DNA of 30,561 bases, taken from a virus. The notes below the pieces were generated by a model. That model saw only the letters and a list, made by a program, of their open reading frames with translations. It was not told where the DNA came from and ran no database searches. Position 1 is the first letter of the stretch; every line of letters starts with the position of its first letter. This document shows positions 1 through 9,038 of this stretch, one piece after another. The stretch lies in the IMG/VR virus record IMGVR_UViG_3300021326_000192; one strand, 5' to 3'. Both the position numbers and the translations under genes were made by a program.

Positions 1-1128
1 ATGGATAACGAACTTTTAGATGAAATACACATGATGAGAAATCATGCGAAAAGGACACGAGAAGTATACAAGGATGCTGTAAACAAATACACTACTTTTT
101 GTTCAATGTCTTTGGAAGAACTGTTGAAAGAAGCAGAAGCTGAAGAAGATGCAGGCATCAAATGGAAAAAAAGAAAATTAAAAAGAAGATTGTTAACATT
201 CAGACAACACTTGTTGGAAAACTATGCATTGAATACAGTCAACACTCTTTTAAGACCTATTTTAACAATATACAAATATTTTGAGATTGAACTGTTCCCA
301 TTGCCTCCAGTCAACAAAAAGAATGTCACTACTTCAGAACCTATAAGATTCAGTGATTTGCCGGACAAAGAACTGTTAAGGAAAGCACTAAGTGTTGCCA
401 GTCCTTTAATGTCAGCTATCATTTGCTTTATGGTTTCCAGTGGTTGTGCTAAAAGAGAAGTGCTTAATTTAACAATCGGAGAGTATATTAAGGCCTTAAG
501 CGACTATACAGATAAGAAAGATATCTATGAAATAATTGAGGATTTGGGCGATGCAGAAAATGTAGTTCCTACATTCAATATCAGAAGACAAAAAACTGAT
601 AAGCATTACACTACCTACTGCAGTCCTGAAGCTGTCAATGCGATAAATTCATATCTGTTAAGCAGGAATGATCCTTTAACTAATGACAGACCTCTTTTTA
701 AGATAAATACAACATATCTTTCAGAAATGTTTGTTGCTATCAATGACGGATTGGGTTTTGGCAAAGTAGGATATTTCAACAGGCTGAGAAGTCATATGCT
801 CCGTAAGTTCCATGCATCTGCACTTTACAATGACGGCATGAGTCTGGATGATGTCAATGACTTGCAGGGAAAGGCTAAAAACAAAACCGATCAGTCTTAT
901 TTCATGACAAATCCTGAAGATTTGAAATATGAATACATCAAGCATCTCCATGCTGTAACTATAAGTAAGGAAGTTGAAAAGCTGTCTATCAAATCTCCTG
1001 AATTTATGCAAATGGAGAATGAAAAGAATAAGCTTGAATCCGAACTTGTTGACATTAGAAAAGAGATGGATGATGTTAGAGAAATGAAAAGAGAACTGGA
1101 AGGTCTCAAAGCAAAAGTTGGAAAATAA
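1..1128 (+). CDS. int: Tyrosine recombinase / integrase with C-terminal coiled-coil extension
   Basis: RSHMLRKFHAS (H-x-x-R), LQGK...DQSYF (catalytic Tyr), RRQKT (Lys), N-terminal helical core-binding region. Confidence 0.9.
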   Translation: MDNELLDEIHMMRNHAKRTREVYKDAVNKYTTFCSMSLEELLKEAEAEEDAGIKWKKRKLKRRLLTFRQHLLENYALNTVNTLLRPILTIYKYFEIELFPLPPVNKKNVTTSEPIRFSDLPDKELLRKALSVASPLMSAIICFMVSSGCAKREVLNLTIGEYIKALSDYTDKKDIYEIIEDLGDAENVVPTFNIRRQKTDKHYTTYCSPEAVNAINSYLLSRNDPLTNDRPLFKINTTYLSEMFVAINDGLGFGKVGYFNRLRSHMLRKFHASALYNDGMSLDDVNDLQGKAKNKTDQSYFMTNPEDLKYEYIKHLHAVTISKEVEKLSIKSPEFMQMENEKNKLESELVDIRKEMDDVREMKRELEGLKAKVGK

Positions 1129-1133
1129 GAATG

Positions 1134-1182
1134 ATGAATGTGGTGGCATCTTACTTGTGAGATGCTCCTACCAAACATTCAT
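1134..1182 (+). terminator. Stem-loop downstream of the integrase, probable terminator between convergent genes
   Basis: ATGAATGT/ACATTCAT outer stem, GCATCTTA/TGAGATGC inner stem with CTTG loop, followed by T-rich DNA. Confidence 0.5.
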
Positions 1183-1373
1183 TTATTTTAATTTTAATGT
1201 TGATATAACTAATAGCTACTTTTTTTCTTTTATTTTAATCAACTGGTTTTTACATTAACTGCCGTGATTTTGAAAATAATGTCTTGTTTTAAATTGCAGT
1301 ATATGAACTGGTTCTGGATTGTTGGTTTTGGATAGCTGATGGCGGGTGTTAATGTTGGTTGGTAACAGGTAAG

Positions 1374-1886
1374 CTATGATGATTCAAGTATTCTTTCGCC
1401 TTTTTCGGTTAATCTAAATATTTTGCCGGTTTTAACTTCGGGGTTGATGCATTCCATGACTCCCATGTCAAGCAGATGTTTTATGTTATTGTAAATAAAA
1501 TTATTACTTCTAATGCTGCCGATTTCAGGATGCAATACCTGATCAACATCTGACATGTCCCAGTTTTTACGTCCGACAGATTTGTTCCAGCGATAGATTA
1601 CAAGACTCATGTGCCTTGATATGAATCCTTTTTCCAAACCTTCTTTGATGTCATCAAATTCAGTTATTTCAATAAAATACATTCTGCAGGAATATATTCC
1701 ATACTTTTGAGCTTTTTCTTTTGGAGGAATGCTTCCCATGAACTTCAAGGCGTCTTCATGTGTGCTGTTCCAGGTTAATCCGGATTCATCATTCTCATCT
1801 TCGAAGTCAACTACATTTTCACAAATCCATTGCAATAAATTTCGGTCGTTTTTCCTAATCATTTTTTTACTTCTCCCTGTTTTCAT
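1374..1886 (-). CDS. Protein with C-terminal winged-helix domain, putative regulator; likely start at ATG 1862
   Basis: C-terminus ECINPEVKTGKIFRLTEKGE closely matches the wHTH wing of ORF 19953..20222. GGGAG lies upstream of ATG 1862. Confidence 0.65.
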   Translation of the reverse strand: MKTGRSKKMIRKNDRNLLQWICENVVDFEDENDESGLTWNSTHEDALKFMGSIPPKEKAQKYGIYSCRMYFIEITEFDDIKEGLEKGFISRHMSLVIYRWNKSVGRKNWDMSDVDQVLHPEIGSIRSNNFIYNNIKHLLDMGVMECINPEVKTGKIFRLTEKGERILESS

Positions 1887-2828
1887 GAGTGGTGATTATT
1901 ATTTTTTTTAACGAGCGTATTTATAGTGAATGAGAGAGCATTTGGTAAGTATTATTTCAATAATTTCACATGGGATAAATTAAACGAGATGCTTTTATTT
2001 TTGTTTAATTGACTGCATTGACATTAACGTTGGTGTTATTGAATCCATAATATTGTTTTGAATTGCATATGGAAAAGTAAGTTTTAAATTGGAAATTGCA
2101 GTCGTTAATGTCTGATTTATCAATTGAGTGAATTTTATCGTTTAAGATATTACTGCACTGCTATTGTAATTATTCATGATGTTAGATGGATAGCTGTATT
2201 GTTGAAATATTTAAATGATTATGAAATAATAATAGCTATGGTGAGTCTTTAAAAAAACTTAAATAGTGTTCTGCATCTGAATTTATATTTTCATTATTTT
2301 GATTTGAGATGAAATTTTATGGCCATGATTTTTTGGGTTTTCGAATTTTTGATTTTATACATTTCACTTTTCCCGTCGAATTTTAATATTGAATTGTTTA
2401 TACAAATTCTCAAAAACACTATGCTTAAAGTCAAGTATTACAATGTTATATTTAAACAGTTTCTAAAAATATGCCAAACAAAATGTTTATATACACAAAA
2501 TTATAGACCTTAAAATAGTCATTACTGACTGAAAGCAATTTTACGAAGTGGGGGCAATACTTCACACTCGTACAACTTTTCCTTGGTAATGTCTGTAAAT
2601 AAATATCTGGAGGTAAAATATCAAAAAAGCAGTGAGAAAAAAAGATCATAATAAAAGGATTATAAAAAAATAATTTTATTTTGGATAACGAACTATAAAA
2701 TATTTTTAATATAATCCTGTAATGGGTCAGTAAGAAAAATAAAAATAATTAGACATGTCCACAAAAACATAGTTAAAAATTAATACTTTTCAAAACTTAA
2801 CCCAATATCTAGTTTATTTTAAGCAATA

Positions 2829-2842
2829 TATAAATATTTATA
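2829..2842. promoter_or_regulatory. Palindromic TATA element (TATAAATATTTATA) upstream of the early operon
   Basis: Perfect 14-bp palindrome; identical copies at 9732..9745 and 29075..29088. Confidence 0.5.
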
Positions 2843-3013
2843 CATATTAAACCAGAGCCAACTTATATTATTCTAAATATTCGGTAAAGAATGGAAAATT
2901 GATTTTACAACATACTATTTTTATTTTCAAAGACTTCTGGCCCATAACAAGTTTTCAGACTGTTGATTATTAAACCCGTTCATGATTACGGGAAAAATAG
3001 GAGACAAAAGATC

Positions 3014-3172
3014 ATGTGTGAAGTAATAAAACAGCGGCCAAATGAAATAATTATCTTCAATAACTTCAGGGCACTTGAAGAATGCATTGCCGAAATTCAG
3101 GAAACAGAAAACATCCGCAATGAAAGGGAATTCTTCGAGTCATACAGAATCAAGATAATGAAACTGGACTAA
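3014..3172 (+). CDS. Small hypothetical early protein (52 aa)
   Basis: GGAGAC RBS before ATG 3014, in frame with ORF-track entry 2963..3172. Confidence 0.5.
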   Translation: MCEVIKQRPNEIIIFNNFRALEECIAEIQETENIRNEREFFESYRIKIMKLD

Positions 3173-3224
3173 ATACCAGAAGTGTAGAATTTAAATTTAA
3201 TATCATGACAGGAGTCTTTAAAAT

Positions 3225-3359
3225 ATGATGGAACAAGAAATTGACGGTAAAATCCACGTTGTGGTCCCAAAAGAAATGTGGGAAAAAATGTGGAATATTT
3301 TTGATAGAATTGACCAATTGGGCATTGACATAAATAGCTGTTCACAATTTGAAAGATAG
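3225..3359 (+). CDS. Small hypothetical protein (44 aa), possibly ribbon-helix-helix-like
   Basis: Not in the ORF track. AGGAG RBS at 3210; reads MMEQEIDGKIHVVVPKEMWEKMWNIFDRIDQLGIDINSCSQFER (strand then helix pattern). Confidence 0.5.
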   Translation: MMEQEIDGKIHVVVPKEMWEKMWNIFDRIDQLGIDINSCSQFER

Positions 3360-3373
3360 GAGGCTGAAAAATA

Positions 3374-3676
3374 ATGGCAACCTCAATCAATCAATTCGAA
3401 GACAATTTCCACGGCATCTTAACCCATAGCGGTGAGGTCAAAATTGCCAAAGGAGATATGGAACAGGAAATCCTCTACATTGACGATGACGGCATAGTAT
3501 TGATGGACGGAGGTAAACACGCATACCAGGCAGCAATACATGCCAAACTATTGTCATTAATCCAATATGCAACAGAGGGTGATATTGGATTTATCAAATT
3601 CATAAGAGGGGAACCTTTCATTGTCGGATTCAGGAAAAACAAAAGAGAGGGTAAATATGGAAAATGCAATCCTTGA
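3374..3676 (+). CDS. Hypothetical early protein (100 aa)
   Basis: GGAGG RBS at ~3359, compact operon position. Confidence 0.7.
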   Translation: MATSINQFEDNFHGILTHSGEVKIAKGDMEQEILYIDDDGIVLMDGGKHAYQAAIHAKLLSLIQYATEGDIGFIKFIRGEPFIVGFRKNKREGKYGKCNP

Positions 3677-3875
3677 AATGCAGCAAAACCTCAGAGACGG
3701 TTTCTTTGTCGCATTTGTATCTGCAAATAAAGATCACTACTTTCCAGTTACCAAATCAGATGACATTGCTTTCCTGAATGATAACAGAATATCCATCCAT
3801 AGAAAAAACGGATGGACTTCAATAATTAACTTGGATTTAATTGTTGAAATATGCATCAGGCGTGAGTTGAGTTAA
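3657..3875 (+). CDS. Hypothetical early protein (72 aa)
   Basis: GAGGG RBS before ATG 3657, overlaps the upstream gene; in frame with ORF-track entry 3621..3875. Confidence 0.65.
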   Translation: MENAILEMQQNLRDGFFVAFVSANKDHYFPVTKSDDIAFLNDNRISIHRKNGWTSIINLDLIVEICIRRELS

Positions 3876-3876
3876 A

Positions 3877-4014
3877 ATGTCCAAACCAGCAAGATTATAT
3901 CCAAAAGAAGAACCGATGAGGCCAAATCCAAAAATGATTTGGATTGGAAGCATTATATTTGCCATAGCTATCGGATGGTTTGGAATCACAACCGCAAGCT
4001 TCGGAGTATTATAA
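3877..4014 (+). CDS. Small single-pass membrane protein (45 aa)
   Basis: Not in the ORF track. MSKPARLYPKEEPMRPNPKMIWIGSIIFAIAIGWFGITTASFGVL exactly fills the gap between neighbours and has a hydrophobic C-half. Confidence 0.55.
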   Translation: MSKPARLYPKEEPMRPNPKMIWIGSIIFAIAIGWFGITTASFGVL

Positions 4015-4028
4015 AAAAGGTGATAATA

Positions 4029-4583
4029 ATGGTAAAAGCAGAACTGATAGAAAATCCACAAGAGACTGAAATAGTCACTGCTGTTGATAATGTCCCGGAC
4101 GTTGATGTAGCTATTGAACAGTGGGACGCTTATCAAAAACTCTGCAAAGGATTATTGAATGACAGTGACTATCAGGAAATAATTGTTAAAGAAAAAGATG
4201 AAGACGGAAACTACGTTAAAGTGAAAAGACACTTCAAGAAAAAGTCAGCATGGCAGAAGCTCTCAAGAGCATTCAATGTTGATACTGAAATTGTTGACCG
4301 TGACCTTGAAAGGACAAAAATGGGCAGAATCAGAGAAGCATACTACTGCGTGCGTGCAACATTGCCTAATGGTCGCAGCGTAGAATCTGATGCATTATGC
4401 TCAAGGTCTGAAAAAGGTAAAGACAAAGTGTCTGACCACACAATAATGTCAACTGCAAAGACACGTGCAACCAATCGTGCAATAGCTGAACTGATTGGAG
4501 CAGGTGAAGTGTCAGCAGAAGAGATGTCAGCAGAAAAGATTGTAAGTCAATCAAAATTTTTAAAAGAGGATAACTCCTCTTAA
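4029..4583 (+). CDS. Putative single-strand annealing (recombination) protein
   Basis: AAGGTGA RBS before ATG 4029. Motif TAKTRATNRAIAELIGAGEVSAEEM resembles phage SSAP-type proteins. Confidence 0.55.
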   Translation: MVKAELIENPQETEIVTAVDNVPDVDVAIEQWDAYQKLCKGLLNDSDYQEIIVKEKDEDGNYVKVKRHFKKKSAWQKLSRAFNVDTEIVDRDLERTKMGRIREAYYCVRATLPNGRSVESDALCSRSEKGKDKVSDHTIMSTAKTRATNRAIAELIGAGEVSAEEMSAEKIVSQSKFLKEDNSS

Positions 4584-4607
4584 ATAATTTTTTAGGAGAC
4601 AAATAAA

Positions 4608-5111
4608 ATGAGTTTTGAAAATACCAGACAAACAATATTTACAGGTACAGAATTGGACTTTGAAGAAATCGTGGAAATCCCGGAAGGATATGAAAAAGCC
4701 GAACTAAGGGACTTTGAAGATGGAACTTTAATAACTGGCAGGCCTGAAATGTCTTCAGTAACATCCTATACTTTCGATGATGACGGTGAGGAAAAAACCG
4801 TCAACCGTTTTAAATTATTCATTTTCAAAGATGATGAAAAAATATACGTTGAAATAAACGTTAACCTCAAAAACGATGGTGACCTTCACAAAAACATCAG
4901 AAAAGGAAGTGTACTCTTTGACTTCATAACCTCTATCTTAGAATTGGAAAATACAGGAAGTGTTGGCAGATCCAATATCTTAAGAAACGTCAACCTCGCT
5001 GAATACAGGGAATTCGTAAACAACTTAGGTGAAATGACAATACAGGTCAAAGAAAAGTCCGGAAGCTATATCTATTACAGTTTCATCGTACGTGACGTTC
5101 AGGTAAAATAA
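4608..5111 (+). CDS. Acidic 167-aa protein, possibly an ssDNA-binding protein
   Basis: AGGAG RBS, beta-rich pattern, position between SSAP and helicase genes. Function is inferred from context. Confidence 0.4.
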   Translation: MSFENTRQTIFTGTELDFEEIVEIPEGYEKAELRDFEDGTLITGRPEMSSVTSYTFDDDGEEKTVNRFKLFIFKDDEKIYVEINVNLKNDGDLHKNIRKGSVLFDFITSILELENTGSVGRSNILRNVNLAEYREFVNNLGEMTIQVKEKSGSYIYYSFIVRDVQVK

Positions 5112-5123
5112 GCGGGTGTATGA

Positions 5124-6818
5124 ATGAGTAATGTAGCTGAATTACCTACAAAGGATACAATAACTCTCATTATCAACAGGGACAATGTTGATAAGGTCAC
5201 ATATGTATTTAAAAACAGGTATGGTAATAAAATCGGAGAATATCTAAATAAATCTCCCGCTACATTATCTTCCCAAAGCAATGTCGCAAGACAGTTCAAA
5301 CAGATTATAAATCCTAACGGCGAGTTGAAACCGAGACAGGTCAACAACCAGTTTTCAGAACTTAAGCAATTGCTGCAGCTTCACTATGAAAATGAGCTAT
5401 CTGTTATCGAGCAGGAAATAGCTGACAAGAAACAGGCCGAGCAGGAAAAGGATTCCAATAAATTAAAGGAAGCTATCACCAAATTGCAATCTCTAAGCTG
5501 TCCTTTAGTTTATATCGGAAGTCTTGTTGAATGGTTTACTGCAGGTGAGCGCAACAACATAATGTATGCATTTACCGTATATGCAGGACAAGTTATCCTC
5601 AAAAATCCTGTTTCTGTAATATGTCTTGGCGAGGCAAGCAGCGGCAAATCACATATTCAGGAAACAGCATTAAGACTGATTCCCAAAAGGTTTGTTGTCA
5701 ATGAAAAAAAGATTACCGAGGCTGCACTCTTCAACCGTGCAAAAAAGGACAGATATTTCTATGACGGGATGATTGTCAACTATGGCGATATGGGAGGAAG
5801 CAATGACCATGAATTCATGGAGGAGTCCAAAAACCTCATGAAGGAACTTCAGTCTGACGGCTTTCTAAACAAGCCATTAAACATTCCGGACGGTGAAGGC
5901 GGATGGGATGTAAAAGACCTGGAACTTGAAGGCAAGCCATGCCTGACATATACTACCGTACCTAATCATTATTTTGATGATCAGGAAATGAGCAGAAGCA
6001 TTTTCATCACACCTAGAATGGACAATCAGAAAATCTTCAACAGAAGAAAAAGTGCACTGGAATTCAAGCACGGCAAAAGCTACAGGATTTTAAAGCAATA
6101 CGAAAAGGAAGCTGAACTGGTGCCATACATGCTATTGCATCTAAAGGAGGTATTTGAAAATACTGTAGTGATTAATCCGTATGTTCATTTTGTCATAGAC
6201 TTTTTAAAGAATTCTTCTTTTTACAAAAGGGATTTTGACAAGTTCAATGGGTTACTTAAAACAATAACTGCCCTGAACTATTATAATCATAAAGTCTATG
6301 ATGTTGACGGTAAAAAGGTGGTGCTCACAAATATTGCTGATGTGCAATTGTTCATGAGTCTTTTAAGACCATACAAGGAAAGCATATCTGCAAACCTTGC
6401 ACCAAAAGCTGTTGAAGTTCTAAACGATATCAGAAACAATATTGATGATTGGAAGGTAAGCAAGGACAGGGAAGTGCTGAACATGGGCATTACAACCAAT
6501 GATTACTTCACACTTCAAAGCCTCGGATTGAGCAAGGCATCAGCAAGGAAATATATGTATGAACTGGCTGACAAGGGATTTCTACAGATTACTGACAGGT
6601 CAGGAAGATCCAATGTATATGATCTTGCAAAAAGTGAAGTGGAATCAATCAGCTATGATTTAAAGCACATGGACGATTCAGTATATGATGATATCTGCTA
6701 TGAGATTGGGCAGTGGGTTGTAGACATTATGAAGGAAGATAAATTTGTTGAGGGGTTAAGTATAATGAACTTTGATTCAGATATAAGAAAGCCAATATGG
6801 ATTGGCAAAAAACCATAA
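5124..6818 (+). CDS. Replication P-loop ATPase (AAA+ helicase-like) with C-terminal wHTH
   Basis: Walker A GEASSGKS; downstream KELQSDG, LEGKPCLTYTT and DQEMSRSIF segments resemble primase-associated/MCM-like ATPases; C-terminal HTH LSKASARKYMYELADKGFLQI. Confidence 0.7.
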   Translation: MSNVAELPTKDTITLIINRDNVDKVTYVFKNRYGNKIGEYLNKSPATLSSQSNVARQFKQIINPNGELKPRQVNNQFSELKQLLQLHYENELSVIEQEIADKKQAEQEKDSNKLKEAITKLQSLSCPLVYIGSLVEWFTAGERNNIMYAFTVYAGQVILKNPVSVICLGEASSGKSHIQETALRLIPKRFVVNEKKITEAALFNRAKKDRYFYDGMIVNYGDMGGSNDHEFMEESKNLMKELQSDGFLNKPLNIPDGEGGWDVKDLELEGKPCLTYTTVPNHYFDDQEMSRSIFITPRMDNQKIFNRRKSALEFKHGKSYRILKQYEKEAELVPYMLLHLKEVFENTVVINPYVHFVIDFLKNSSFYKRDFDKFNGLLKTITALNYYNHKVYDVDGKKVVLTNIADVQLFMSLLRPYKESISANLAPKAVEVLNDIRNNIDDWKVSKDREVLNMGITTNDYFTLQSLGLSKASARKYMYELADKGFLQITDRSGRSNVYDLAKSEVESISYDLKHMDDSVYDDICYEIGQWVVDIMKEDKFVEGLSIMNFDSDIRKPIWIGKKP

Positions 6819-7164
6819 AAACTGAAAAACCATGAAAACCAAAAAACTAAAAAAACCATGTAAACTTATAAAAACTTTTGTAAAAGTTTTTTTTAAAAAT
6901 TGTTTATAATCGTTTTTAGATAAATTGGAGGATTTTGCTTTTGTTTTGGGGGGGTGGTTTACACAAAAAAACTTAAGGTCGGGGTATGAGCGGGAGCAGG
7001 TTTAACAAGTTGTCCCGTATACTCCGGCAAAATTTGGTTTTTTAAAAAATCATTTTCGTGAAACTTCTTATGGATTGTTATTATTTGATTTAACGGATTT
7101 TAAGGAGTTTTTAAAAAAACCATCAAAAAAGTTTACAATAGTTTTTATGGTTTTTATGGTTTTT
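6807..7164. repeat. Iteron-like AAAACCAT repeats in both orientations around a GC-rich hairpin; putative replication origin
   Basis: AAAACCAT at ~6809, ~6826, ~6852, ~7116; reverse copies at 7147..7155 and 7156..7164. 16-bp inverted repeat 6808..6823 / 7140..7155. Hairpin at 6980..7026. Confidence 0.6.
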
Positions 7165-7180
7165 ATAAAAATTGATTGTT

Positions 7181-7495
7181 ATGAAATCTATTAAGCAGCA
7201 GATAATCGAAGCTAAAAAAGAAAAACGAGAAAGAGAGGAAGAATTATGGTTTGTGGATTACTGTAACAACTGCAAAACAGGATTGGCTTCAGAACATGAT
7301 ATTCCCTGCCATCATCCATGGTACTGTTGGCATGAATGCGAATCAGCCATTGTACAATCAGGGATTGTCCGGATAGATGAGTTTAGAAAGCTGCATGGAT
7401 ACGTCACATCACAGATGTATTGGGAGTATAAGGAGTTGAGAAAAAGGCAGCGCCAATTGATATGGCAGGGTAGAAGAAAATTATTGAGAGATTAA
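7181..7495 (+). CDS. Small Cys/His-rich protein, putative Zn-binding
   Basis: CNNC...EHDIPCHHPWYCWHEC, basic C-terminus. Confidence 0.6.
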   Translation: MKSIKQQIIEAKKEKREREEELWFVDYCNNCKTGLASEHDIPCHHPWYCWHECESAIVQSGIVRIDEFRKLHGYVTSQMYWEYKELRKRQRQLIWQGRRKLLRD

Positions 7496-7576
7496 AACAA
7501 ATAAATTTATTACTAATTTTATATAAAAAATATAATAAACAATATAATAAAAAATTATAATTGGAAATGATATGTC

Positions 7577-8878
7577 ATGGGAATTACTGATTATATTAGA
7601 ACCAGATTATTGAATAATCGTGTGGAGCAGTACAACACCAAGCGCAGCTATTGGGGTGAAAGTGAAAGACAGCCTAGAGTCGATGGAATCAACACAGGTC
7701 TTGATCTTGTCGATGCACTTCCGCCAGTGATAAATAAAACAATAACCAATGCACGTTATGCTGTTAAGCTTGACGGTTATACTTCAGGAATTTTGAAAAA
7801 CAGAATTGATAAGGCCAATGTCAATATTGTTCTTGTGGATAAGGAAAACAAGCTGTCTCAGGAGCAAAAATTAACATTAATTCTTTGGGCCAGAAAAATT
7901 GATATTAGACAAGTGGCTAAGGAAATCCTGCAGGGTGGGATGGTTGACGGTGAAGGACTAATCAAACCTGTGCAGCGCTGGGATAAAAGTATTGGCAAAT
8001 ACATCAAGCCAATATTTCTTGAAATTGGTGCGCACGGTTACGGACTGAAAAAGGAATTCAATGACGATAATGAAGTCCAGCTGTACCTTCATGAGATGCC
8101 GAAAGATATAGTCAATGGTTCTCCCGAAGACTTTAACAACTATGTCAGTGTTGAGGAAGGGACATTAACGGTCAAATATGATGCTGATGAGGTCATTAAC
8201 TTCATGTACAATGAAATTTACGGTGAAGCCCAAAGCATCATCTTAAATTGCCTTGATGACATTTACCATAAATGCAATCTGGAGAGAAACCAGGTTGAAA
8301 GAATCAACAAGGACAACATCATTGAAGTAAAGCCGTCTCTTGACGCTAACGGCCAGCCTATAATAACCGAACTGTCATCAACCGCTAAAGAGAATCTTTA
8401 TGCAGATTATGGAACAACTGCCGATTCGAATGTAGCTATTGTGCCTCCTGGAATTGAAAGTAAAATCTTAGGTGGTAACAACTACCAGTCCGACTATACA
8501 AGACAGACTGAAATCTTCAGGAATAATATCTTAAGGACTTTCGTTACTCCACAATCACAGGCAGGTAACGAACGGTCTAACCAGAACGTTGCCGAATACA
8601 TTAACGATTCTGCCATTACAGGATTTATCGTTAATGTTGCCAATGACCAGAAATGGGTGTTAAAATATTGCAATCAACTATTGAATATGCAGCTGGAACT
8701 TATGGGTATTGACGAAACATTGAATATATATTTCAGCTATTCAAGAGATGATGTGCTCCGATACATTATGGAACTCTCCTCTGAAGGTGATGAAATCTAT
8801 AAGAACTACTTGTCTAACTTTGAAGAGGAACAGCCTGTCGGTGAGAGAATTTCATCTGAAAGCGGTGTTGAAGTATAA
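7577..8878 (+). CDS. Portal protein
   Basis: 433 aa with portal-like motif order: EILQGGMVDGEGLI, DADEVINF, VAIVPPGIESKIL, ILRTFVTPQSQAG, SNQNVAE; lies upstream of the protease. Confidence 0.75.
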   Translation: MGITDYIRTRLLNNRVEQYNTKRSYWGESERQPRVDGINTGLDLVDALPPVINKTITNARYAVKLDGYTSGILKNRIDKANVNIVLVDKENKLSQEQKLTLILWARKIDIRQVAKEILQGGMVDGEGLIKPVQRWDKSIGKYIKPIFLEIGAHGYGLKKEFNDDNEVQLYLHEMPKDIVNGSPEDFNNYVSVEEGTLTVKYDADEVINFMYNEIYGEAQSIILNCLDDIYHKCNLERNQVERINKDNIIEVKPSLDANGQPIITELSSTAKENLYADYGTTADSNVAIVPPGIESKILGGNNYQSDYTRQTEIFRNNILRTFVTPQSQAGNERSNQNVAEYINDSAITGFIVNVANDQKWVLKYCNQLLNMQLELMGIDETLNIYFSYSRDDVLRYIMELSSEGDEIYKNYLSNFEEEQPVGERISSESGVEV

Positions 8879-8955
8879 TGTTTTTTGCAAAATATTTATA
8901 TGCAATATCATACATAATTATAAATTGAATTTTATAGGAGGTAAAAACTTCATTT

Positions 8956-9018
8956 GAGGTTCAGCCTGTATATCCTTGTCTCGACGAGGGGCGAATTAGG
9001 TGGTATACGGGTTCTTCT
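8956..9018. terminator. Nested stem-loop between the convergent portal and DUF3800-like genes
   Basis: CCTGTATA/TATACGGG outer stem and CCTTGT/ACGAGG inner stem, both with G-T pairs. Confidence 0.35.
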
Positions 9019-9038
9019 ATCATTCATATAAATCAATT

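Noticed and set aside
1887-2960. Short ORFs in the AT-rich gap (2319..2513, 2452..2649) or a hidden RNA gene
   Set aside because: No RBS, no recognisable protein pattern and no tRNA or stable fold seen. Treated as regulatory or decayed DNA.
5124-6818. The P-loop ATPase as the missing terminase large subunit
   Set aside because: Its motifs and C-terminal wHTH fit replication ATPases, no RNase H-like nuclease domain is evident, and it sits in the early operon next to iterons.
6807-7164. CRISPR-like array
   Set aside because: Repeats are 8-9 bp, irregularly spaced and in both orientations; no constant repeat-spacer period and no cas genes.
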